A DNA stretch of 64,000 nucleotides from positions 355,506 to 419,505 of the forward strand of contig JBMNFQ010000001.1 of assembly GCA_050949405.1 (NCBI GenBank). The letters run 5' to 3'. The notes below the pieces were generated by a model that was not told the DNA's origin, did no database searches, and saw nothing but the letters and a program-made list of their open reading frames with translations. The translations under genes and the position numbers were made by a program. Positions 51,991 through 60,094 of this stretch are shown here, piece after piece. The number at the start of each line of letters is the position of its first letter. Position 1 is the first letter of the stretch. Origin of the DNA: Limisphaerales bacterium (GTDB lineage: Bacteria; Verrucomicrobiota; Verrucomicrobiia; Limisphaerales; UBA1412).

Positions 51991-53478
51991 TTGGAAAGTA
52001 TTGTTATGAGTAAGACGCAGAAACTAAATCGTAGGGATTTTATTAAGTCCTCTCTTTTGGGTGCGGGCGCTCTGGCCGCCCCTGCCTGGCTCAGCCAGGT
52101 GCACGCCCAGGTCACCGACCGACCTCTGGGCGCCAATGACGATATCAGGGTGGCGGTGATCGGTATCCGCGGCCAGGGTAACGGCCATATCAACGACCTG
52201 CTCAAGATACCGGGCGTCCGCGTAGTCGCCCTCTGTGATGCCGATTCAGCCGTCCTCAGGCAGCGGGTCGCTCAACTGGAGCAAAAGGATGTTAAGGTCA
52301 AGGCATGCACCGATATGCGCGAGATTTTCGACGACCCCGAAATCGATGCCGTCTCGATGGCTACCCCCAATCACTGGCATTCGCTCGGGACGATCTGGGC
52401 CTGCCAGGCGGGTAAGGATGTTTACGTGGAAAAACCGGTCTCTCATAACGTCAGTGAAGGGCGCCGGATGGTCGAGGCGGCCCGCAAATATAAGCGGATT
52501 GTCCAGACCGGTACCCAGTGCCGCTCCAGCCGCGGTTTGCAGGAGGCGGTCGCCTGGGTCCAGGCAGGGAATCTGGGCAAGGTCAATGTGGCCCGTGCGC
52601 TCTGCTACAAGCGCCGCGACACCATCGGCCACGTACAGATGCCCCAGCCCATCCCCGCCAATATCGATTACGACCTCTGGTGCGGGCCGGCCCCGATGGA
52701 GCCGCTGATGCGTAAACAGCTTCACTATGATTGGCACTGGGTCTGGGCGACCGGTTGCGGCGACCTCGGCAATCAGGGCATCCACCAGATGGATATCGCC
52801 CGCTGGTTCCTGGGTGAAAAGACGCTCTCACGCCGCGTCTGGAGCGCCGGCGGCCGCTACGGCTATATCGACAACGGCGAAACGGCGAATACGCAGCTCA
52901 TCTACCACGATTACGGCAAGAAAGCGCTGATTTTCGAAGTCCGCGGCCTCCCCACCTCGGCCAGCGACGGCAAGATGGATAACCTCAAAGGGGCCAGCAT
53001 CGGCGTCATCGTGGAGTGTGACGAGGGCTACGTGGTCAACCCCAACTACAACAGCGCCACCGCCTTTGATTGGGATGGGAATGAATTGAAAAAATTCTCC
53101 GCCGGCGGCAACCACCACGCAAACTGGATTGAGGCGATCCGCAGCCGCAAGGCGAGCGATCTCACCGCCGATATTCTGGAGGGGCACCTCTCCAGCGCGC
53201 TCTGCCATACGGGTAATATCTCCTACCGGCTGGGCAAGCTCGCAAGGGCGGACGAAGTCGAACAGGTGCTGCGCCAGCTCCCGCACATGCTCGAAGCGGG
53301 CGAACGAGTCTGGGAGCATCTCCAGGCCAACCTGATCAACCTCGAACAGGAAAAGACCTTCCTCGGCCCCGTGCTGGAAATGTACGAAAAACAGGAGTTC
53401 TTTGTCGGTAACGACCGCGCCAATGCGATGCTCACGCGCGACTACCGCTACCCGTTCGTCGTCCCCAAATATATCTGA
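51991..53478 (+). CDS. TAT-exported Gfo/Idh/MocA-family oxidoreductase
   Basis: Twin-arginine signal KLNRRDFIKSSLLGAGALAAPAW. Rossmann block IRVAVIGIRGQGNGH and EKP motif (VYVEKPVSH). The likely true start is the ATG at 52006. Confidence 0.8.
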   Translation: MESIVMSKTQKLNRRDFIKSSLLGAGALAAPAWLSQVHAQVTDRPLGANDDIRVAVIGIRGQGNGHINDLLKIPGVRVVALCDADSAVLRQRVAQLEQKDVKVKACTDMREIFDDPEIDAVSMATPNHWHSLGTIWACQAGKDVYVEKPVSHNVSEGRRMVEAARKYKRIVQTGTQCRSSRGLQEAVAWVQAGNLGKVNVARALCYKRRDTIGHVQMPQPIPANIDYDLWCGPAPMEPLMRKQLHYDWHWVWATGCGDLGNQGIHQMDIARWFLGEKTLSRRVWSAGGRYGYIDNGETANTQLIYHDYGKKALIFEVRGLPTSASDGKMDNLKGASIGVIVECDEGYVVNPNYNSATAFDWDGNELKKFSAGGNHHANWIEAIRSRKASDLTADILEGHLSSALCHTGNISYRLGKLARADEVEQVLRQLPHMLEAGERVWEHLQANLINLEQEKTFLGPVLEMYEKQEFFVGNDRANAMLTRDYRYPFVVPKYI

Positions 53479-53515
53479 CGAAACAGGTTAGAAGAATTAA
53501 ATAAACCTTCAGGCA

Positions 53516-53547
53516 CTCCGTCTGCCCCCGGCAGGCGGAGTTTTTTT
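53516..53547. terminator. bidirectional terminator used as intron B insertion site
   Basis: CTCCGTCTGCC (53516-53526), loop ccc, GGCAGGCGGAG (53530-53540), then T7 (53541-53547). The intron's 5' end follows immediately. Confidence 0.8.
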
Positions 53548-55417
53548 GTATGACGGGCATGTTATAGGTCTTGGGTGAAAGTCCCAAGAGGCGTAGTTAC
53601 CGACGAACTCGATAGCGACTCTCAAAGCCTTACTTAGTGATAAGGGGTGAAAAGAAGAGATAGCGAAATCGTGGCTCAACGAAAAGAAACTTGGTACGAA
53701 GGCGTATTAAACGGATAAGTTGGCAAAAGGCAACGAAGTCCAAAAGGTAACCGTAACTTTAATGCGTAAACCATGTGAGTAAACGAGGAAAGACCTATGA
53801 CTTATCCCGTGAGGCCTTATCAGCGATAGTAAAAAAATGGATTGTTAGTCGTAGTAACAACGAATGATAAGGAGTCAGCAGAGGTCATAGTACCGGCCAA
53901 GCCGGGAAGGACCGAACAACGATAGATGTCAATCGAGAAGGATGCTCCGAGAAGGGAATCTGACAGCAGGCACCCCTGAAGCGTAAGAGAAGGGAAGCTG
54001 CACAACTTAGGATGCTCGTCAAGGAGGCAGATAAGTAGAAAGGCAGAGAACATGTCCGAATTACTGGACAGAATAACAAGTGACTTCAACATCGCCTTGG
54101 CCGTCCGGAAGGTATATGCCAACGGGGGTGCAGGCGGCGTTGATAAAGTTACAGTCGATGAGCTCGAGAGTTATATGAGAGCTCATTGGGTAGAAATCAG
54201 GAACCAGCTCCGAAATAGAGAGTACTGGCCACAACCGGTGTTAAGGGTTGAAATACCCAAACCCAACGGCGGAGTGCGCAAACTGGGGATTCCTACGGTT
54301 ATCGATCGAGTTATCGAGCAAGCGATAGTACAGGTTCTGACCCCCATCTTTGATCCCATGTTCAGCGACTCCAGCTACGGGTTCCGACCCGGCAGAAGTT
54401 GCCATCAGGCAATCAGGAAGCTCAAAGAATACATCAATGATGGATATGGTTGGATAGTGGACATCGATTTGGAGAAATTCTTCGATAACGTACCACAAGA
54501 CAGGCTGATGAGTTACGTTGGCAGAGTCATTCGAGATGGGGATACCGAATCACTGATATGCAGGTATCTGAAAGCTGGAGTGATGAATAAAGGCGTATAT
54601 GAACAGACCCCTCTTGGGACACCTCAGGGAGGGAACCTCTCGCCCTTACTCAGCAACGTGATGTTGCACGAGCTGGATAAGGAACTCGAATCCAGAGGCC
54701 TGCGTTTTACGCGCTACGCCGATGACTGCATCATAGTAGTAAGAAGCCAAGCCAGCGCAAAGAGGGTCATGCAAAGCATCGTCAGATGGATAGAGCGTAA
54801 ACTTGGATTAAAAGTGAACGCAACCAAGAGCCAAATAACCAGACCAGGAAAACTCAAATACCTGGGTTATGGCTTCTACTACAGTCCAAAAGACAAAGCA
54901 TGGGATGCAAGACCTCATCAGGACTCAGTCGCAAAGTTCAAAAGAACTCTTAAGAAATTGTGTAAACGCAACTGGAGCATAGACCTTACAACGAGGTTCA
55001 AGAAAATCAACTCCGTTGTCCGAGGATGGATAAATTACTTCATCCTTGGAAGCATGAAAACAATTCTTAAACAGATAGATGAACATCTGCGCACAATGGT
55101 CAGAGTAATTATCTGGAAGCAGTGGAAAGTACCAAGTAAAAGGAGACGAGGCCTGATGAAACTGGGAATAGGAAAAGATCTGGCAAAGCAAACCTCATAC
55201 TGTGGAGACAGGTACTACTGGATAGCCAGGAAGACGTGTCTGGTGTGGGCAGTCAGCCAGAAAATCCTCAAAGAGAGAGGCCTGGAATCCTGTTTGCAAT
55301 ATTATTACTACCAAAGAACAAAACGGGAATGTTCCCCAATATATCGTTGAACCGCCGTATGCCGAACGGCACGTCCGGTGGTGTGAGAGGGGCTAGCAAC
55401 CCTAGCCCCTACTCGAT
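53548..55417 (+). mobile_element. group II intron, copy B (class C-like, 1,870 nt)
   Basis: Reverse complement of 12769..14638. All internal track ORFs translate identically in the two copies, and the ends and several internal stretches matched by eye. 5' GTATGAC, 3' ...CCCCTACTCGAT. Confidence 0.85.
54052..55350 (+). CDS. group II intron reverse transcriptase/maturase (identical to 12836..14134)
   Basis: The 432-aa translation is identical to copy A. YADD and maturase X motifs are present. Confidence 0.9.
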   Translation: MSELLDRITSDFNIALAVRKVYANGGAGGVDKVTVDELESYMRAHWVEIRNQLRNREYWPQPVLRVEIPKPNGGVRKLGIPTVIDRVIEQAIVQVLTPIFDPMFSDSSYGFRPGRSCHQAIRKLKEYINDGYGWIVDIDLEKFFDNVPQDRLMSYVGRVIRDGDTESLICRYLKAGVMNKGVYEQTPLGTPQGGNLSPLLSNVMLHELDKELESRGLRFTRYADDCIIVVRSQASAKRVMQSIVRWIERKLGLKVNATKSQITRPGKLKYLGYGFYYSPKDKAWDARPHQDSVAKFKRTLKKLCKRNWSIDLTTRFKKINSVVRGWINYFILGSMKTILKQIDEHLRTMVRVIIWKQWKVPSKRRRGLMKLGIGKDLAKQTSYCGDRYYWIARKTCLVWAVSQKILKERGLESCLQYYYYQRTKRECSPIYR

Positions 55418-56337
55418 TAGGACCTCGGATGGAAGCGGCGGTGAACCTCTTTCAGGCGGGCCCTGGCCACATGGGTATAGACCTCGGTCGTGCTGATGCT
55501 GGCGTGGCCCAGAAGCTCCTGGATGACCCGCAGGTCGGCGCCATGCTCCAGGAGATGCGTGGCAAAACTATGCCGCAGGCCGTGCGGGGTGATACTTTCG
55601 GGCAGGCCGGCGGCCTTGACGCGGTTCTTGATTCGCAGCCAGAGCGTGACGGGGGCGAACCGGGTGCCGCGAGTGGTCAGGAAGAGATTGCCCGGGGATT
55701 TGGGCTTGGATAAATCGGGTCTGCCTTGCGAGAGATATTGCCGGATTGCCTCTATCGCCATTTTACCGACCGGCACCACCCGCTCCTTGTTGCCTTTGCC
55801 AATCACGGTGATGAAGCCCTCCTCGAGGTGGAGCTGCTCCAGCCGCAAACCGCACAGCTCGGAGAGGCGCAGGCCCGAGGAGTAGGCAAGCTCCAGAACC
55901 GCCTGGTCGCAATAATCACGCGGGCGCATCTGGGGCGGCTTGCGCAGGAGCCGCTCTATCTGCTCAGCCTCCAGCGCTCTGGGCAGAGCCTCCCAGCGGC
56001 GCGGCAGGGAAAGATTCTCGGCGATGTTGAAGGGGAGCACCTTCTCCGCCTCGCAAAACTTGAAGAACGCCTTGAGCGCGGCAATCACGAGGTACAGAGT
56101 CGAGACACTCGGCTCATGCGGCTTGGCCCCTTTGCGTTTCACGACGGGGCGCTCTTTTTCCTCGCTCAAAAACTCGGTCAGATCCGCCAGAGTGAATTCC
56201 TTCCAGTTGCGGATGCGCCGCCGGGTGGCCCAATCCGCGAGCCGCCGCAGGACCGCCGAATAGGTCGCCTGCGTATTCTCCGCGGCTCCGCGCTCATGGC
56301 GCAAATAGAGCAGGAATTCATCAATCAATCTCTCCAT
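55417..56337 (-). CDS. tyrosine recombinase XerC/XerD family
   Basis: N-terminal SAM-like domain (FLLYLRHERGAAENT). Catalytic region LRLSELCGL...HGLRHSFATHLLEHGADLRVIQELLGHASISTTEVYTHV. Confidence 0.85.
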   Translation of the reverse strand: MERLIDEFLLYLRHERGAAENTQATYSAVLRRLADWATRRRIRNWKEFTLADLTEFLSEEKERPVVKRKGAKPHEPSVSTLYLVIAALKAFFKFCEAEKVLPFNIAENLSLPRRWEALPRALEAEQIERLLRKPPQMRPRDYCDQAVLELAYSSGLRLSELCGLRLEQLHLEEGFITVIGKGNKERVVPVGKMAIEAIRQYLSQGRPDLSKPKSPGNLFLTTRGTRFAPVTLWLRIKNRVKAAGLPESITPHGLRHSFATHLLEHGADLRVIQELLGHASISTTEVYTHVARARLKEVHRRFHPRS

Positions 56338-56359
56338 GGCGTGCGGCAGCCTCCGGGGT

Positions 56360-57265
56360 TCAGCAAAGTTCTTTACCGGTCAGGCGGCGGCAGGCCTCGG
56401 CATATTTCTCGGCCGTTTTGCGGACGACCTCTTCGGGCAATGCCGGCGCCGGCGGTTGTTTGTTCCAGTCGAGCGTCTCCAGGTAATCGCGCACGAACTG
56501 TTTATCAAAGCTCATCTGGCCTCTGCCGGGGCTGTAATCATCCAGCGGCCAGAACCGTGAGGAGTCCGGGGTCAACACCTCATCAATCAGGATAATATTC
56601 CCCTCGAAAATGCCGAACTCGAACTTGGTATCGGCAATAATGATCCCCTGCTTGCGGGCGACATCGCGCGCCCAGCCGTAGAGCCGGAGGCTGGCCTCTT
56701 TCACCCGCTGCGCTATCTCTTTGCCGACAATCTCCTCCGCCTGCGCGAAGCTGATATTCTCGTCATGGCCCTCTTCGGCCTTGGTGGAGGGGGTAAAAAT
56801 CGGCTGGGGCAGCTCGGAAGACTCCAGGAGCCCGGGCGGCAGCTCGATTCCGCAAACCGTCCGGCTCTTCCGGTATTCCTTCCAGCCCGAACCGGCCAGG
56901 TAACCGCGGACCACGCACTCGATGGCCAGCGGCTGAGCCTTGCGAACGATCATGGAGCGCCCCGCCAGCATGGATTCGAACGGCTTGAGCGCCTCCGGCA
57001 GCGGCTCATCGGCAGCGCCCAGCCGGTGATTGCCGATAATATCCGCGCTGCCATCAAACCAGTAATGGCTCATCAGCGTAAGCGCTTTGCCCTTATTGGG
57101 AATCCCGTTGGGCATCACGCAGTCAAAGGCGGAAATCCGGTCCGTGGCGACAAAAAGTAAATACTTCCCCAGGTCAAAGACTTCACGGACTTTGCCGCTC
57201 TTCACCTTTTTGATTCCCGGGAGCTCCAACGTTAATAAAGGCTCTCTGCTCATACCCTGCCGCAA
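56360..57265 (-). CDS. purC: phosphoribosylaminoimidazole-succinocarboxamide synthase
   Basis: SGKVREVF...ATDRISAFD...IIADTKFEFG...LIDEVLTPDSSRFW are typical SAICAR synthetase blocks. Confidence 0.9.
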   Translation of the reverse strand: MRQGMSREPLLTLELPGIKKVKSGKVREVFDLGKYLLFVATDRISAFDCVMPNGIPNKGKALTLMSHYWFDGSADIIGNHRLGAADEPLPEALKPFESMLAGRSMIVRKAQPLAIECVVRGYLAGSGWKEYRKSRTVCGIELPPGLLESSELPQPIFTPSTKAEEGHDENISFAQAEEIVGKEIAQRVKEASLRLYGWARDVARKQGIIIADTKFEFGIFEGNIILIDEVLTPDSSRFWPLDDYSPGRGQMSFDKQFVRDYLETLDWNKQPPAPALPEEVVRKTAEKYAEACRRLTGKELC

Positions 57266-57361
57266 AGTATGGGGATAAAGAACGAGTCATGCACGCCAAA
57301 AATCCCAAAACTCTCCGGGGCTTTCGCTACCGGCAGCAGGCAGGTGCGCGGATAAAACGGC

Positions 57362-58612
57362 TTACTTTACGGGAGCCGATTCGGGGTTTGGGGCGGGAGC
57401 TGGGGATTTTCCCGAAGCCGGTGCGGCGTGATTGCCGGAATTATTCTGGCCGTGAGCACGGGAGGCCTGCCGGTAGGGTCTCCTGCGGCGCTGCCTCTTT
57501 TGGCGAACAAACACCGGAGGCGTCGGAAGCACCCACTTCTCCTCCTCATAGCTAAAGCCGAGCGCCTCTTTCTGCCACTCGGTTAAATGGCATTTATCGC
57601 TCTCGCGCACGCAGCCGACCAGGTCGGCTCTGCTGGCGATCAGGGTCGGCTCCATATCCAGCTCACGCGCTTTCTGGTCGCGCAGTTGGATGAGGTGCTC
57701 AAGCTGCCGCTGCTGGTAGGGGGAAAAGCGCGAGTACTCCCTGCGAAGCTGGAGCGGCAATTTACGCACAGGCAACTGGAGCGCCTCTTCAACCGCCTTG
57801 AAAAAGGTCGATTTTCGCTCCGGTGAATAGCGGGGTACCAGCTTTTTGAAGTCTTTACCGGAGCCGGCCAGCCTGGCGATGGTGGTCATCGTATCGGGCC
57901 GCATGATGAAAAAGAGCGGTCGATTGCTGCGGATGGCTTCGGCCTCGCGCCAATACCAGAGCGCACGTAAGAGACCCAGCTCGCGACGCGAAAAATTCTC
58001 CGAGCCGCCCAGCCGCCACTCTCGGGCAGTATCCACCTTCACCGGTGTGGTGCAATCCTTGATCAGGCGCTCGCAGTTCTGCCGGTGCCACTCGAGCTTC
58101 CCCTCCTCAATGAGCCGCTTTTCGAGCCGGCGCTTCAGCTCATGCAGATAGAAGGAGTCTTTGATGGCATAGCTCAAGAGCTCCTGAGGCAGTGGACGCT
58201 TGCCCCAATCGGCCTTCTGATGCTTCTTGACCAGATGCACCCCCATGTATGCCTCGCAGAGCTGGGCCAGACCACAGGAGGGCTCGCCCAGGAGCTTGGC
58301 GGCCAGCATGGTGTCAAAGACCTCCAGCGGCCGGAATTTATAACCCTTGTAGAGGAGCCGCAAATCATAATCGGCTCCGTGCATGATAAGAGGCTTCTTG
58401 CGTAATACGGCGAAGAGAGACTTCAGGTCAAGTCCCTTTGCGAGGGTATCGACGATCGCGTCCCGCTCCTCCGTGCTCAACTGGAGCAGGCAGACGCGCT
58501 CCGGATAAGCGTACATGGAGTTGGCCTCCGTATCGACGCTAACCCAGGAAGCTGATTTGATATCTCCAACCAGCTCCTGGATTTGTTTTTGTTGATCAAT
58601 TAGCTTAGACAC
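57362..58612 (-). CDS. rnd: ribonuclease D (DEDD 3'-5' exonuclease + HRDC) with basic/Pro-rich tail
   Basis: VSVDTEANSMYAYPERVCLLQL (ExoI), HGADYDL (ExoII), YAIKDSFYL (ExoIII). An HRDC-like region follows. The C-terminal tail is Arg-rich. Confidence 0.8.
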   Translation of the reverse strand: MSKLIDQQKQIQELVGDIKSASWVSVDTEANSMYAYPERVCLLQLSTEERDAIVDTLAKGLDLKSLFAVLRKKPLIMHGADYDLRLLYKGYKFRPLEVFDTMLAAKLLGEPSCGLAQLCEAYMGVHLVKKHQKADWGKRPLPQELLSYAIKDSFYLHELKRRLEKRLIEEGKLEWHRQNCERLIKDCTTPVKVDTAREWRLGGSENFSRRELGLLRALWYWREAEAIRSNRPLFFIMRPDTMTTIARLAGSGKDFKKLVPRYSPERKSTFFKAVEEALQLPVRKLPLQLRREYSRFSPYQQRQLEHLIQLRDQKARELDMEPTLIASRADLVGCVRESDKCHLTEWQKEALGFSYEEEKWVLPTPPVFVRQKRQRRRRPYRQASRAHGQNNSGNHAAPASGKSPAPAPNPESAPVK

Positions 58613-58621
58613 CCAGACAGA

Positions 58622-59995
58622 TTAGACTCTCAGGACCCACGGCTTGCGATACTCACGGCTGAGCATCTTGTTCGCCTCATCATTGCCGATGAACTGTTCT
58701 TTTTCGGGGTCCCACTTGAGTTTACTCGCCCCCAGCGTCATGGCGATATTGCCTAAATGGGAGAGCGTGACCGAGCGGTGAGCCACTTCAGCCGGCGCAA
58801 TGCATTCCTTACCCGTATAGATGCAATCAATAAAGTTACGGTAGTGGTTATCGCTCTGGTAGAGTTTCACCTTGAACTCTTCCTCATCAAGCTCGTAGAG
58901 ATCGATCTTATTATTGTTCTTATCTCTGGCATCCAGAGCGCCGCGGTTGACCCAGACGGTGCCGTCAGTTCCCTTGAAGGTGACGCCGCCGCGCAGGTCA
59001 TTGGCAATCGTCATCCGGACGCCGTTTTCATAGACGCACTCATAGCGATACTCGGTAAAGGTATTGTAGACAGGGTCTTCCGGTACTTTACCGACCGCGT
59101 TCAATATCTCCACCGGTCCCGTGTATTGGGTTCCCATGCCCCACTGGGCAATGTCAGGATGGTGCCCACCCCAGTCTGTCAGTTGTCCGCCCGAGTAATC
59201 CTTCACCCAGCGATAATTGACGCCGACTCTGGCCTTGCAATAGGGAGCCTCCGGCGCGGGACCCAGCCAGAAATCATAGTTCAGGCCATCAGGTACGGCG
59301 CTCGTGTTCTTGAACTGTGCCGTTTTGCCATAATCGGACCAGCCGCCAGGCAATCCACACTCCACAGTCTCCAGCTTGCCAATGCCTCCATTGAGGACGA
59401 ATTCGCAGGCAAGACGGAAATTCCTCTCGGAGCGCTGCTGGCTCCCGCACTGGAAGACGGCGCCATATTTCCTCGCGGCGTCCGAAATGGCGCGGCCATC
59501 AGAGACGGTCAGAGAAAGCGGCTTCTGGCAGTAAACGGCCTTGCCGGCTTTCATTGATTCGACCGAAAGCAGCGCATGCCAGTGGTCGGGAGTCGCCACT
59601 TCTATCGCGTCGATATCGGGACGGGAGATCATCGGACGGAAATCGGCATAGACGGCGCATCCGTTATAGACTCCGCTATCCCGGCCCTGGGCATAGTAAT
59701 CATTCACCCGACGGCGGGCAGGCTCTCTGCCGCCGATGGCGTTATCCCAGTATCCATCGCTTTCACGGTTGACGTCGCAAACGGCGACTACCTGCACTCT
59801 CCTGTCTCTGAGGAAGTTGCTCATGTCTCCGGTGCCCTGGTTGCCGGTACCGATAAAAGCCATACAGACTCGGTTTGAAGGCGCCACCTTCCCGTTACGA
59901 CCCAAAACGGTCGAGGGAATAATAGTGGGGAACGCTACAGCCGCACCGCTTAATGCGAGGGCCGACTTTAAAAAACTCCTACGTGTTGTTTTCAT
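58622..59995 (-). CDS. TAT-exported Gfo/Idh/MocA-family oxidoreductase
   Basis: Twin-arginine signal MKTTRRSFLKSALALSGAAVAF. Rossmann block VCMAFIGTGNQGTGD and VYCQKPLS (EKP-like). Confidence 0.8.
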   Translation of the reverse strand: MKTTRRSFLKSALALSGAAVAFPTIIPSTVLGRNGKVAPSNRVCMAFIGTGNQGTGDMSNFLRDRRVQVVAVCDVNRESDGYWDNAIGGREPARRRVNDYYAQGRDSGVYNGCAVYADFRPMISRPDIDAIEVATPDHWHALLSVESMKAGKAVYCQKPLSLTVSDGRAISDAARKYGAVFQCGSQQRSERNFRLACEFVLNGGIGKLETVECGLPGGWSDYGKTAQFKNTSAVPDGLNYDFWLGPAPEAPYCKARVGVNYRWVKDYSGGQLTDWGGHHPDIAQWGMGTQYTGPVEILNAVGKVPEDPVYNTFTEYRYECVYENGVRMTIANDLRGGVTFKGTDGTVWVNRGALDARDKNNNKIDLYELDEEEFKVKLYQSDNHYRNFIDCIYTGKECIAPAEVAHRSVTLSHLGNIAMTLGASKLKWDPEKEQFIGNDEANKMLSREYRKPWVLRV

Positions 59996-60094
59996 ACAAT
60001 CATTGTACCTCTCCGAAATAGTAACGCTACTTGCGAAAGAATTTCAACAGAAAACTCCTTCTTTTCTTTCACAAAGGCAGTAAAAGCAGGTTTT

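Noticed and set aside
53820-54122. 100-aa and 64-aa ORFs inside the 5' part of both intron copies (also 14064..14366)
   Set aside because: They lie antisense to, or within, the structured domains I-III of the intron RNA. They are duplicated only because the intron is duplicated, and they have no coding signal.
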